From Lytechinus pictus (Eukaryota), in NCBI RefSeq assembly GCF_037042905.1, contig NC_087245.1, positions 1,550,001 to 1,614,000 of the forward strand: a DNA stretch of 64,000 bases, in the 5' to 3' direction. Position 1 is the first letter of the stretch, and every line of letters begins with the position of its first letter. Below the pieces are notes generated by a model. That model did not search any database. It saw nothing but the letters and a program-made list of their open reading frames with translations, and was not told the origin of the DNA. The position numbers and the translations under genes were made by a program. Below are positions 51,601 through 64,000 of the stretch, one piece after another.

Positions 51601-54600
51601 TTACCAAGGTCAAAGGTCATTTAGGGTCAATGGACTTAGACCATGTTGGCGGAACCAACATCGGAATCTTGACCTAAGGTTTAGTGTTTAAAATGTAATC
51701 ATAACTTAGAAAGTATATTGACCTAGTTCATGAAACTTGGACAAAGGGTAGTGAAGTATTACTGAACATCCTGCCCGAGTTCTAGAACACAAGACCAAGG
51801 TCAAAGGTCATTTTGGGTTCAATAAACTTTGGCCATGTTTGGCGTATTTGTTGAATTACCCTTGTAACTTTGAATGTTTATTGATCTAGTTCATAAAACT
51901 TGGACATATGAGTAATACCATTATTTCTTTTCATACACTATCCTATTCAGAATGTGCAGAGTAGATCTTATGGCTCCACAGAGTCATTCCTTGCTGATGC
52001 CAAATGGATTGTACACAATGCATTTGTGTATTTTGGAAGTAAGTTTGGTGTGATAAGAAGTTATCAATTTGCTATGTCTTTATTTCTCATATATTTTGCG
52101 GGTTAGGGTGACATTTGTCTCGGGGAATGATAGTATGAGGATTTGAATTTGGGGTAAGCTTAGGTTGATACTGTGTTTATAGGTTTGCTTATAAAAGGGC
52201 AGATTTTCCATCAGAGCTGTTGTTAATGGTACTAATGTCATGAAATTAAAAAAAAGTGCATTTAAGGACATGATGCATAGCATTTTACATGAAAGCTATC
52301 TATAAAGTAGACTATGTCTGCCAAAGCTATCTTTTCAGTTTCTTTCTATTATGACTTGTATCTAAAGCATGTACAAAAGGACACTTTGCTGATTGAAACC
52401 TCTTGTCTCCCTAGAGCAGTAACAAATTGGTCTCTATGTTGCAACAAAAAGGATTTATTGATTTTTTTCTTTTTATTTATTTATTTATTCATTTTTTTTG
52501 GGGGGAGGGGCATTCGGCATGTACAAACACAGTTCTCAATCTCATATTCTCACCTTATTATTTAGCATTATTGTAAAACAAATATTAGATTGTGTACACC
52601 TTGCAGTTATGACATTAATTTTGAAACAAAGTAGTTTGTTATTTAAATAATAATAGATTAAAACGCATTTTGTTGGTAATGTTTTGAAATAATATGTACT
52701 TTTATTGTGTTTTAGTACTAGAAATGAGAGTAAGCGTCTTGACTTTTGAACAACTTGTATGAATATATTTTATTTTTTATGTTTTATTTTGGCAGGTGGA
52801 AATAGGTACAGCAATGCTGCAAAGTCCTTTTTAAAGGCTTGTGAAACAGAGGTAGGTTAAGCAGTGCATCCTTGTTAAAGTAAGATTTCCCCTAGATCAA
52901 AATGGTGTAACTGTTCAAGTGAAATATATGTAGTTTTATAGCAAAATTGCTTAGTCAAAGTGTTCCTATACTTTACTAACTTCTATGTAGGAATCGAAGT
53001 CATCCATTAGCTTAGGTAGGAGTGAGCGCTGTAAATCAAGACAAAGTTGTCACTTTTCAAATTTCAACAGATCCCTTTTAAAAAATATTTTGTAATATTC
53101 TGTGTTCTGGTATATTTATTTATGTGCATTTTGTCGTAGTGTACCTTGCCTGTAATCTAGGCGAGCGATATTTCTGATCTGGCAAAGACAACAAATTTGT
53201 AGAATTCGTAGTCTTCGCCACATCAGACGTATTGCTTATGTTTGGCATAACAGCAAAGACAATAACTGCATCCTCCGCCTAGATTATAGGCTATAGTGTA
53301 CCGGGCACCCTGGTATACTAGTGTTCGGAGGAACCAGACGCAAAACCCTTTTGACCAGGAACAAAATTGTGCCTGGCGCCTGGTTAATAAAAAGCTTGCA
53401 TGAGAATGCCTATTGCGAAGTTTCATAAATGACAATGTTTCCTTAAATTTGTGCCCCTGCATGAATGACAAAATGGATGAACTTCAGTTTTACACTCATT
53501 GCTGAATAAGTGTAAGAATACTTTTACAAAATGACTATGCTCAAAATATTTTCAGTGAAAATTTGTAACATTTTGATTTAGGAGGAACCTTTTTTTAGCA
53601 TTTTTTGTCATTTGCTGAATAATTTCAGATATTTACATTTTTAGATTGTTCCTCCACATCTTTATAAATCTTATCCCATGTTGTTCACCTTGTTAGAAAA
53701 TTAATTAATTTTTTAAAAATTATTTTAGATGGCTGAGGTTGAGTTATGTCCAGACTGTTACCTAGGTGCTGTTTGTAAACAACCTCAGTGGTTCTCTGAA
53801 ATTTGTGTAAGTATCCATGTCTTTTTGGCTCATTGTATGCAGATTATGTGAATATGCACATCAAAAATGATTTCCAATATTTCTAATTTTCTTATTTTCA
53901 TGAAATACTCCTGCAGCATATGATTGATGAATTTGATTAATGGGATTTGTGATATCCAAATTTCAATGCATTTCTACATTTTTTTATTTTCCTATGTATT
54001 TCATTATTTTCTCCAGATTTTGTTATTGATTATGTAATTCAGCATTATGTTCAATTCTTTGATCTGAAGGGAAACTAAGGGGGAAATATTTAACAATATT
54101 CTTTACAAAACACGTGATTTACATGCTAAGCCTTTTTTCTGTAACAAGCATCAACAAAATTAGCTATGGAGTGGTAGACACAATCATCATGAAAAAGGTC
54201 TCAATCTGTGCGAGATGTGACAGCTAAATAATTGTGACATCTTGGGAAAATATGCATTCAGAATTTATCACAAAAACAACTTATTCTAAAAGAAATTCCC
54301 CCACCCATCTTGGAAACTTTTCCATTAAGAATTAATTTTCTTTCTGTGGTTTTTGTTTGCATATTGGAGAACCTCTTCTAAGGCCACAGCACATGTTTAA
54401 TCTACAATATGTTACTATATCATAATTGTTAGCTTCATTATCTGTTGAGCATTTTCAAAAAGATTGTCATTTTTTATAGTCCTTCACAATATCTTTTTCA
54501 GCTAAATGCATACCAGTTTTCTTTGTCGTCTGTGAATTTAGAGTTTATAGCTGCACCTGCTTTCATGATATGTGTTGAGAGGTGTAAAATATTAACCCTT

Positions 54601-57600
54601 TATTTTTGCATCTGTCAAACAAAAATTATTCATTAAATATTTATTATTCATTTCTAAAATTGTGAATTCAAACTTTTGAAATTGATTAATGACTTATTAA
54701 GTTTGCTTTGATATTTCAGACCAAGCCTCATCCACTGATATGGGCCAAGCTGCATGGTTTTCCTTTCTGGCCTGCTAAGGTTAGTATAATGTGTTTGATT
54801 TATTATTTACATATTTTCAGCCATTCTCAACCCCCTCCCAATCATTGAAATAATAATAAATACAATGAATAATAAACAATGTGACATTTTGTCAATTGTG
54901 CTCTCAGCTTCAGCACACTTATCCTTTGTCTTTTGTCTGTCCAAAGTTAAAGTTTCCTATTTTTAACTTTCATCTCTTAGAAACATGTGGCCAAAGAATC
55001 ATTCTGAGGATAGTTGTCAGAACTTGATCAAGTAGATTGCATGTCCTGTTGGCAAGGATTAGCACTGTGAACTGCCTATGTTGCATTGAAATAGAATCAT
55101 TTTAGTTCTGAAAAGTATATTCTAATTTTGTACCAAAACATTTGATTAAACATTCAAAGTTATTTAATTCACTGTAACCGTCCAAAATACTTAAAGGGAT
55201 GGTCCGGGCTGAAAAAAATTCACAGAGCAAAATGCTGAAAATTTCATCAAAATTGGATAACAAATAACGAAGTTATTGGATTTTAAAATTTAGCAATATT
55301 TTGTGAAAACAGTTATATGCACATCTACATGAAAATTCATTTCCTTTTTCTTATGTTATTACATGAAATCATAAATGTTTAAGTTTGTCATACATGTGTA
55401 AATGATGTGTCTTCATTATGATAAAATAAGTTGCGGCAGTAAATAACTAATGCACTTAATCAGTTGTTTAATCCAATTGTTTTAGTTCTTGGTAGAAAAA
55501 TTTGAATTAACTTAATTTAAAATAATAAATACAAAAGAACAAGTGGGGATATGACATCATCAGCCCACCTAATGAATATTTTAAAGACATGCCTAGAACT
55601 ATTTCACCAGAATAATGCAAATCTTTAAAATTCAATATAAACTTATTTGTTATCCGATTTTAATCAAATTTTCAGCATTTTGCATTGTGAATGTTACTCT
55701 ATTTATTGAGATATAAATATCTCCAGCCTGGATCACCCCTTTAAGCTTTCTTAATCAACCCCAGTATTCCTATCATCTGGCCACTGATCATATCTGTGTG
55801 TTTTTGTTTTTAAATGCAGGCAATGAAGGAAGAGGATGGTCTCATTGAAGCTAGATTCTTTGGACAGCACGATAGAGCCATGATCCCAGCTCACAACTGC
55901 TTCCAATACTCTACCAAGATCCCCTTCCCAGCCTCAAAGAAGAGACTAACAGGACTTAATGCTGCCATCAAGGAGGCAGAGATTCATATCAAGAAACTGG
56001 AGGAAAAGCAAGGTCACCCCTTCAAGTATGCCCCTCACCTGACTCCATATGATCCCAACAAGCGCTACACAACTAGCTCTCTGGCAGTCATGCCCGATGG
56101 AAAAGTCAAGAGCCTGACTGATGCAGGAAAGAATGCTGAATTGAAGGCGAAGGCTGTTGAAAATGGTGAAGAGGCGTCTAAGAAGGAGGAAGAGGAAAAG
56201 ACAGATGACAAAATGGATATTTCTGTTGCCTCTAGTGTGGAGGATGATAAGACATATGGGAAAACAGATGCATTGACAGAGATGAAGACAGACTCCTCTC
56301 CAGCATCTAGTCTGGATGGCAATGAGCTTGATGTAACAGGAGACTCATCACAGTCTCCATACCATGTTGATTTGGAGCATAGCTATGCTTCTAGGGAATT
56401 CCTGGCAATGCAAAATGAGGAGGGAAAAGCAGACCAAGAAACAGGGAAGGCCTTTCAAAAGGAGCATAATGATGATTCTAATGAAAATGTGACTCAGTCA
56501 AGAGTGAAGGAGGACGAGGGTGAACTTTCTGATACAGCAGGCAAGGGATACCATAATGACGATGAGGGACAATCCATCGATACTGACAGAAAAAGGAAAG
56601 TCTCTGAGTCTCCTTCTCAACAGCCTGAGAAGATGCCAAGGATGTCTTCAAACAAGGATAGCAACCTATCACCAGGAAGAACAGGACAAGGTACTGTAGA
56701 ACCAGATACCGAAGATCCTGATAAACTTAAAACTTGTCCCAGGGATGTCACAAAAGAAGAAGGTACACACACTGTCGAGACCATTGATTCTCCAGTTTCA
56801 AAGAAACCTGTCGCCAAAGATGGTGACAACTTTAGTATCTTGCCCAGCCGCCTTCCTAAACTTGATGATCTAGAGTCCAATGTGAATTCATCTGAAGCAA
56901 GTTCAAGCATCCCTAAAGAAGAGGTGAAATCTAATCAGTCAACGCCTAGAAAGGACACCTTCCTTCTTAACCTGAGCAAGACCATCGACACCTGTAAGGC
57001 ATCCCTAGGCATTGATGAAGATATGGAAGAGCTGGGAGATGAAGGAGGCAGAGACGAAGAGGATGGTTTGGATGATGCTGATATGACAGGAGATGAAACA
57101 ATGGAGAGTGAGGTTGATGATGAGGAAGAGGAAGCAGAGAAAGGGTCCTTTCAGGCTGCAAGCCATTCCAATGACACAAGCACCATGGATGATGCAACTG
57201 ATGAGTATGCAGGAGAAAATTTGACAGAAAGTAAAGTCAATCAGAAGCTCAAAGATTATCATAAGGTTTTTAAAGAGGTAGTCAAGACACTTGAAACGGG
57301 CGTGGACAGTCCTGTGATATCTGAAAAGGATAGCCTTGCTATGGAGACAGAAGTTGTCAGTGATAGTGAGGAAATCAATTCCAGAGGATTGAGGGGTGAT
57401 GAAAGCAATGAGAAAGAGAAGACAAATGATCAGACTTTGGCAGAGTCTTCTAAGGTTATAGAGAATGATGAGTCTCAATCAGATGGAAAGTTGAAAGACA
57501 TGCCAGCTCAGGCAATGCCAACCCAAGTCATGGATGACAAAGCTTCTATTGATGATGATGTTGAAGATGATGATGAAGATGATGCTGGTGAAGATGATGA

Positions 57601-60600
57601 TTATGATGGGGATTCCTCAGATGGAGTATTACTCATTGATGAAGGAAATGATGAGTCAGGCGATCAAGAGAAGAAAGAAGATGCCACAAGAAAATGCAAT
57701 AAAACAGATGGTGAAACGAAGATAACAAGGGATACAGACGTTACTCCTGCAGACACTAATGACCAGAAGGAAAAGAAACCAGAAGGGATACAATCCAAAG
57801 TCAGTCAGGATATATCTTCTAGTGAATCAACCGAGCCTGAAGCTAAACAAGAAGAAGCAAAGGACAAAGAAAGCAGTCAAGAAGCCAAGAAGATACCAGC
57901 AGTGGGAGACAAGAAAGTTGCAGAACTGTCAAAGAGTTCTAAACAGTTAATGGATGGAACTCCAAAACCTGTGGAAATAGATCCAGACTACAAAATGTTA
58001 ATTGCCAAGGTAAAGATAAATCTCATTAAATGTAGGTCAGCCACACGTTTGTAATTATGTAAATTGCAACTTGTTTCAAAGATATATGAACAGGTAGTTA
58101 TTCATTGTATACAAATCTATGCATGTGCAAGTTGACTAAACCAATTTAACATTGATGTATTATGAGCCACATAGATATGCTTCAGTGATAGTTATTGCTG
58201 CCATGGCATTATTAAACCCAATACCCTATCCATGACTTTCCTGCTCCATATTCAGCCCCAACCGAAGTATTTATGTCTCTTTTTCTAATTGAAGCTGTGG
58301 CAGGTGATATTTGAAGGCCAATACTAAGTGATATGAAAACCTAGGCCCCTTAAAAAAACACTTCTCAGAGTACTGTGCAGTGATACTACAGTGATACATT
58401 AGCCAGATGCCAATTTGAAACAAAAATGAGGCGTTCTAATGTTATTTGATCTACGTCATCTCTTGTTATTGTAGGTTGTTGATGATGCAGTGAAGTCTTT
58501 TAAAGAGCTTGATTCTAGTCTTGAGGATGTTAGTGATGACATCAAGAAGCTGGTCCTTGATCTTAAGAAAGAAGTGATTTCACTCAAAGCAAAGCAAGAA
58601 CTTCAAGAGAAGGAGATGATGCATTGTAATAGTAAGTACAAATTGAGGTTTTTTTAAAAGAATTGTTGCAATAATCAAGTGACCTTCCAGAATTTGGCTT
58701 CAAATCTAATTTTGCAAGCTGTTGAAAGAAAAAAATCCTAAAACATTGTGTGAGCTTTTTACATTATTGAGTTATCTAACATAATTATGCCACCCCCTTC
58801 CAGTTGAATTTCAGTGCAATGGTGCAAAAAATGTCTTTTGAGCCCAATTTGGTTATATCTCTGTGTGCAACAGTTTGTAAAAGTGGATGTGAAACCCCAA
58901 ATCCCTAGCAAATTCTGTTTCCAACCACTATTCATAACTAGATAATTCTTTTTACTTTTCCTAACTAGAATTGAATGAATCGTATGTTATAAGTAAATAG
59001 AAAAGTATCGCTGACAATTTCATCAAAATTCTTGTTTTTTAAGTCGAAAAATAAGGAAATACATATGAAATTAAAAAAACAATGCAAGACAGAGGAAAGC
59101 ATTTTTATACTACTTTTTAATATAAATTTCATCAGAGTCCATCAGAAAGTTTTTTAACAAATGAAAAAATAGCCTTTCAGTGATTTATTTACACACAAAA
59201 TTACCTTTCTGGGCAGAACGCAAAAAAATAATCACTAAAAAATCTTAACTTTTGCAGCACTACAGTCACCTTGATTATCTTTTTTTACTCATAGATCTAG
59301 CTGCAGCAGAGATCCGCCAAGTGATGGAATACAGTAAAGATTGCAAGCTGAATAAGGTGAAGAGAAAGTTTGACCTACAGAGGAGAGATGCTATCTTTGA
59401 CACCAAGGGAAAGCAATGGGTAAGACATAGATAGAGAGCAGCCCTTGCATCAGCCGAGAAGGCATTTGTTTTGGGTTCCCACCTTAACCAGCCTTGCTAC
59501 CCTTGAAATTCTTGTCGGTGGTTCTAAGACAATTTTTTATTATACAAGCATGTGAGTAAATAATGATGGGAGGTTGTTCAATTTTAATGGAAAATAACAG
59601 TCTTCTTAGGACCTCTCTAGAGAAATGTAAATCACACCAAAAATGCAATACTGACAGGAACAATATATCAGTTTTATTAACCAAAGCTCAAGAAATTCTT
59701 AATGTTCAGATTTTCATAGTTTGACAGCTCTAGAACATTGACGGTCTTTTTCCCTTTTGTTGAGTGATATTGAGAGTGGCTTTGCTATACAGTGTGTCCC
59801 AGAAAAAACGAAACCGAGATTTAGCGATGATTTATCATAACTTAATCATAAATAAAATAGACAAATGACCTACCAATGTAAAGCTTAGAATCTCCTCTTT
59901 CATCTGGTATTACTTAGATTATTCCTCATTCACGCATGATTGAGCAAAAACAATTCGAAGAAAGGATGCCAAAAACTCATTTGGCGGGGGGTATCTGAAT
60001 TTCAAAAAGAAAATCACATGACTAAAAAGTTCAATATCTTCTCTTTTCTTTGATACCTAAATCACAGAAAATGGTCAAGTAGTAAAAAAGTTATGATCCC
60101 TCGAAACAATGCTTGTATTTCCATAATTTCATTAAATAAACGTGTTTTCACCGGTTTCCCGCAGAAGCTATCGCATGGTAACAAAAGACTTAATGCATGG
60201 CTGATCGTCAACAAAACGGAGTGTCGAGTGAGTTTGAACGCTAGCCTGTAAAACCTCTTAATTTTATGAAATTATTGAAATTCAAGCCTTATTTCAAATA
60301 ACCAGAACTTTCTTATTTCTTGACCATTTTCTGTAATTGAGGTATCAAATTAAAGAGCAGATATTGAACTTTTTAAAAATGTGGTTTTCTTTTTAAAACC
60401 TTGGCACGCCAAGTGGCTTTTTGTTATCCCCTTTTCAAATTGTTTTTGCTCACTCATGCGTGAATGAGAAATAATCTTATTAATTCCAGATGAAAGAGGA
60501 GATTATAAGCTTTAAAATGGTAGGTCATTTGTCTATTGTATCTGTGATTAAGTTATGATAAATCATCGCTAAATCTCGGTTTTGTTTTTTGTGGGACGCA

Positions 60601-63600
60601 CTGTATAGGGGAAGGCGGGTAAGTTGTGACACTTTTTGCTTTTTGCATGTTAGAATTGATATGATTAATAATTTTGTAAAAATAAGTACCTTGCCATGAA
60701 ATTTAATATTCTTCTGAAATATTTTTCACTTATATTTAACTTTCTACCCCCACAATGAGAGTCATTGCCACCTTTGAAAAAAGCGATGTCAAATGGCTCA
60801 ACTTGCCCCATCTGTGGGGTAAGTTGAGCCCCTTTCTGGGGTAAGTTGAGCCACAAAAACTATGTACAAAATGTATGCGGAAGAACCAGCATGTCAATTT
60901 TTTATTTAAAGTTTTTTCACTTGCTAATGTTCTATAAATACTAACATCCTCTAATACCCTTTTTACACAGGATTTTCTTAGCCCCGGACTATCGCTAACC
61001 CCGTACTATCCTTAACCCCGTACTATTTTTTTTCCTTTTTACACATGCCAAATTGTGATTGCTAACCCCGGATAAGGAATGCTTGCTTTTCACACACGAA
61101 ACTCGCTAACCCCGGACTAGTGGTTTTTGTCGATCATTCGTAGTACAAGTACTTCACTCGTACCTTTTTACACACGCTACAATTTCCTTAACCCCGTACT
61201 ATCGCTCTTAGCACCGCAATTGCTGGGATAACCCTGCTTTTTTGCAGGGCCAAATAATCCCGTACTAAAGGTGGGGTTAGCCCACTTTGCAAAAATGCTG
61301 TGTAAAAAGAAAGTGGGCTAAGCTTAACCCCGTACTATAGGTGGGGCTAAAAGGCAATTTAGCCCCACCTATAGTACGGGGTTAAGGAAATTTTAGCGTG
61401 TGTAAAAAGGGTATTTAAGGAAAAGAACAGTCATGTAAATTTGCTCCTTTCTGCCTGCATATCGCTGACTTTTTATGGTTTGTTTGTTTTTTAAATACAT
61501 TACCATAAGAATTACCATGGCTCAGCTTGCCCCATGTTTGTTGGCTCAACTTACCCCAGTCCCAACTTAATGCGATAATTTCGCATCCACACATTTCTTA
61601 TGCATCCATCATGTAAAAGACTATGACAAGAGTGAAGATCCATACCTGGACTAACAATGTTGTTCTAACATGTATGTCTTTATCATATCTAAAGATGTGT
61701 GTGTGTAGACAGCACTTATCTATTTCATACCCTTTTTTACTTTTTTGGCTGAAATTTGTATTTTTCCCTCTAAAAAGTACATTTTGTTTCATTGTTAAAA
61801 ACAATGTGGTGGGGTCAGGGGTGATGCAATGGGTCATCAATACATGACACCGCAACAATGTCTGACTCATTCATTATTGGCCTGTGGATGGTGGCTCAAC
61901 TTGCCCCAATGCTCAACTTGCCCCTATGCTCAACTTACCCCACCTTCCCCTATGTATTTTCAGAAGGTTTCAAATTACCCATTACTACACATGCTGTGCA
62001 TGATGCTGTAGAATATTATGAACTCGTTATTCTTGTATTTACTTGATGACACACCTCATGTCATTCGGGTGAACTGTGTTTTTCAATAGGGCAATGACGA
62101 TTGAAGGTCACCAAGTCCACCCCCCACCCCAAAAAAAAAGAAGGCTGATATTAATTGACAGTGAAATAAATTGTGCTCCAGTTATGGAAAAAAATATGTA
62201 GGAAAGATATACATACATATATATTCAAATGAAAGGAAATCAGATCTTCATGGTTGCTCAGAGTAATAATAGTCTTTTTTATATTGCACCATTTCCTATT
62301 TCTTTTGCAGTGTGCAAGTTGCCGTCAGGAAGCTAATTACTTCTGCTGCTGGAACACTAGCTATTGTAGTTATAATTGTCAGGAGCGTCATTGGCAAAAG
62401 CATGAGAAGAAGTGTCAGCAGAAATCTGGGAATTTCCCATTTGCCCCTTCTGCAGCTGTGGTAAGTTCAATTCCTGAGAGTTTTTCTCATGAGCGTTCGA
62501 CTTATTTGAATCAATTAAGATGCTATGAGATGTGTGATTTAACCCTGAATAGACTGGGCTATTTTGATGCCTACATGTAAGAAGAGCCCCCCTTATGATC
62601 TTGGTCATCGATCGCGACGAAAATAAGCATGCGCGTTACCCATGGCATAATCTATAAAACTAAGATCAAATTCTGCGAAAAATGTTATTGCAAATTAATT
62701 ATGCTAATTTATGCATAAAATCAATTAACTAAATAATGCCCCTAAAATGCTAATTTTTGGTTCACACTCTTTATAGGAATCTGATCAAATGTACTTTAAA
62801 AAGATTTCAACATCACATTTATTTTCTTATGTATTTCATTGTTTTCTAAATTTCTTATGCATTTCTTTGTTTTTTTACTTTTTGTTTTTTATTGTTTTTT
62901 CAATGGAAATTGTTGGGGACTTTGTTTTGACCATAAACAAGATGAAATCAATTGATTTTAATTAGTAAAAGAAAAAATAATGATACATTTTTTAATTTTG
63001 GATAAAAATACTGTTTGCATTGGATTTGTACACAAATTCACGTTTTTGAGCAATTTTTGGTCTGCATGCACTTACAAAATGGTGCGTAATTTTAGAACCG
63101 CGTACCCGGGGATCACAATTTGGTCTCAAAAGTGGCGCGAGACTTGAAAGCAAATAGTCAGCGATGCGGTCAAAAAAATTTGTGCAGCGAATTTATCACG
63201 AAAAATGTCTTATTAGGGTTAAAATGAAGCTTGTTTTTTCTTGATTTTTTTTCATTACCTGAATATATTGAAATATTTTATAATGAAAACTGAGTGAAAT
63301 CTGATGACGTTGGTTTATTAAATGCACACCTGGGGAGTATTTCATCAACATTTTTTGTCTGACAATTTGTCAGGTCTGAAAATTTCCCTTGATTTGGATT
63401 GGCACAGTTCCCATGGTCATTGTCAGATAAAACAGGACTTGTCGCATAAAACGTCTGACAAGTCTTTTTATGAAATGCTCACCAGAGCTCTGTTAATTCT
63501 AGCTCCTATGAACATGAAATAATAGCGGTCGTAAGCATATATCTTCATTCATTCATTTGATTTTATTCAGGATCCCTATGACCCCTATCGAAAGAAGAAA

Positions 63601-63705
63601 AAGAAGAAGAAGAGGGCAAGAGAGGAAGAACAGGCCTGGCTGAAAGAGTATGGTTTTGGTGGTGAAGAAAGCGACGATGACCCAACATGGGAACCTGACC
63701 CAGAG
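45631..63705 (+). CDS. ZMYND8: ZMYND8/PRKCBP1(RACK7)-like chromatin reader: PHD, bromodomain, zinc finger, PWWP, long acidic linker, coiled coil, MYND; 3' end uncertain
   Basis: Phase-consistent exons: 45631-45698 (putative ATG), 46544-46587, 47115-47266, 48273-48422 ([12 protein letters not shown]...CPRVYH...WVCLECE), 49996-50112, 50444-50536, 51951-52038, 52796-52851 (bromodomain), 53729-53806 (CPDCY), 54720-54779 ([13 protein letters not shown]), 55820-58009 ([10 protein letters not shown] + acidic linker), 58475-58631, 59295-59419 (..TKGKQW), 62311-62460 ([22 protein letters not shown]), 63571-63705 (or stop at 63711). About 1220 codons. The first three exons are less certain. Confidence 0.9.
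48476..48867. mobile_element. Palindromic MITE with TAGAG...CTCTA ends
   Basis: Imperfect inverted arms (GTGATGATGTCA / TGACGTCACAC; CCCATTGAAGTCAATGTATTATTGGCCT / AGGCCAATAATACGTTGGTTTCAATGGG). Confidence 0.55.
51412..51917 (+). mobile_element. 3'-truncated copy of the same HINE-like family
   Basis: 5' TCTCGCCTACATAGGCGCCGCTTTT...GCGGTGGC followed by core repeats. Confidence 0.65.
55195..55740. mobile_element. Kolobok-like MITE
   Basis: TTAA|AGGGATGGTCCGGGCTG ... CAGCCTGGATCACCCCT|TTAA with long inverted arms; related fragments at ~16640-16883 and ~30360-31060. Confidence 0.75.
59790..60603. mobile_element. Tc1/mariner-type foldback MITE
   Basis: TA|CAGTGTGTCCC...GGGACGCACTG|TA; ~300-bp imperfect inverted arms; truncated copy at ~525-1216. 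Confidence 0.88.
60608..61950. mobile_element. TA-flanked MITE with nested element at ~60954-61414
   Basis: Outer TIR GGGGAAGG.GGG..AAGTTG / CAACTTACCCCACCTTCCCC with many GGCTCAACTT(A/G)CCCC motifs; inner TIR ATACCCTTTTTACAC / GTGTAAAAAGGGTAT with many AACCCCG(T/G)ACTA motifs. Confidence 0.75.
62543..63218. mobile_element. piggyBac-like MITE, diverged relative of 26799-27575
   Basis: TTAA|CCCT...AGGG|TTAA; internal similarity (GAACCGCGTACCCGGG...AATTTGGTCTCAAAAG). Confidence 0.75.
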
Positions 63706-64000
63706 GTATAAATCATCTTTATCCCCCGGGGGGTGGGGCGTCATTGTGGAATGTGCATCATCCACATGTATGAATAAACATAAAAAAGGGGGCTTGGGTG
63801 GTTCACCAGTCAGGAAACACATGTGTTGCAGTAACGATATAAACATTCTTTTCAGAGAAAGGGCATCAAATTCAGTGATATCAAGAAAAGGAAGATCTGT
63901 AGAAAGAGTAAGAAATTGATAGACCCAGTCACAACAAAAAGATCCTATCCCTTTGTGAAATGACATGAAAATACACAGGGCAAGGTCACAGGTGAGAAAA

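Noticed and set aside
56065..57950. Several alternative-frame and antisense ORFs over the large ZMYND8 exon
   Set aside because: By-products of low-complexity codon usage in the real frame.

Overview
AT-rich, intron- and repeat-rich animal genomic DNA; the repeat families suggest a marine invertebrate, possibly an echinoderm (inference). Two multi-exon + strand genes can be reconstructed with phase-consistent GT-AG junctions. INTS9 (Integrator subunit 9) has 18 coding exons at 4157-28233; its tiny first exon is not found and probably lies upstream of the window. A ZMYND8/PRKCBP1-like PHD-bromo-PWWP-MYND chromatin reader has 15 coding exons at 45631-~63705. Between them is a three-level nest of mobile elements. 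Its innermost member is a young, structurally complete 8.05-kb LTR retroelement on the - strand (543-bp near-identical LTRs, CTAG target duplication, PBS- and PPT-like sites). It encodes only an intact 648-aa Gag with a CCHC knuckle, has no pol, and carries a ~4-kb non-coding leader with a triple hairpin array built on an invariant 24-nt core. Other notable points: a minisatellite made of ~16 copies of an INTS9 5' splice site, two DNA transposons inserted at or next to INTS9 splice donors (one target duplication copies the donor), and a bromodomain lacking the acetyl-lysine-anchoring Asn. Introns also hold many MITEs, SINEs, Helentron-associated-type repeats and decayed transposases. All family assignments are from recalled motifs, not database searches.
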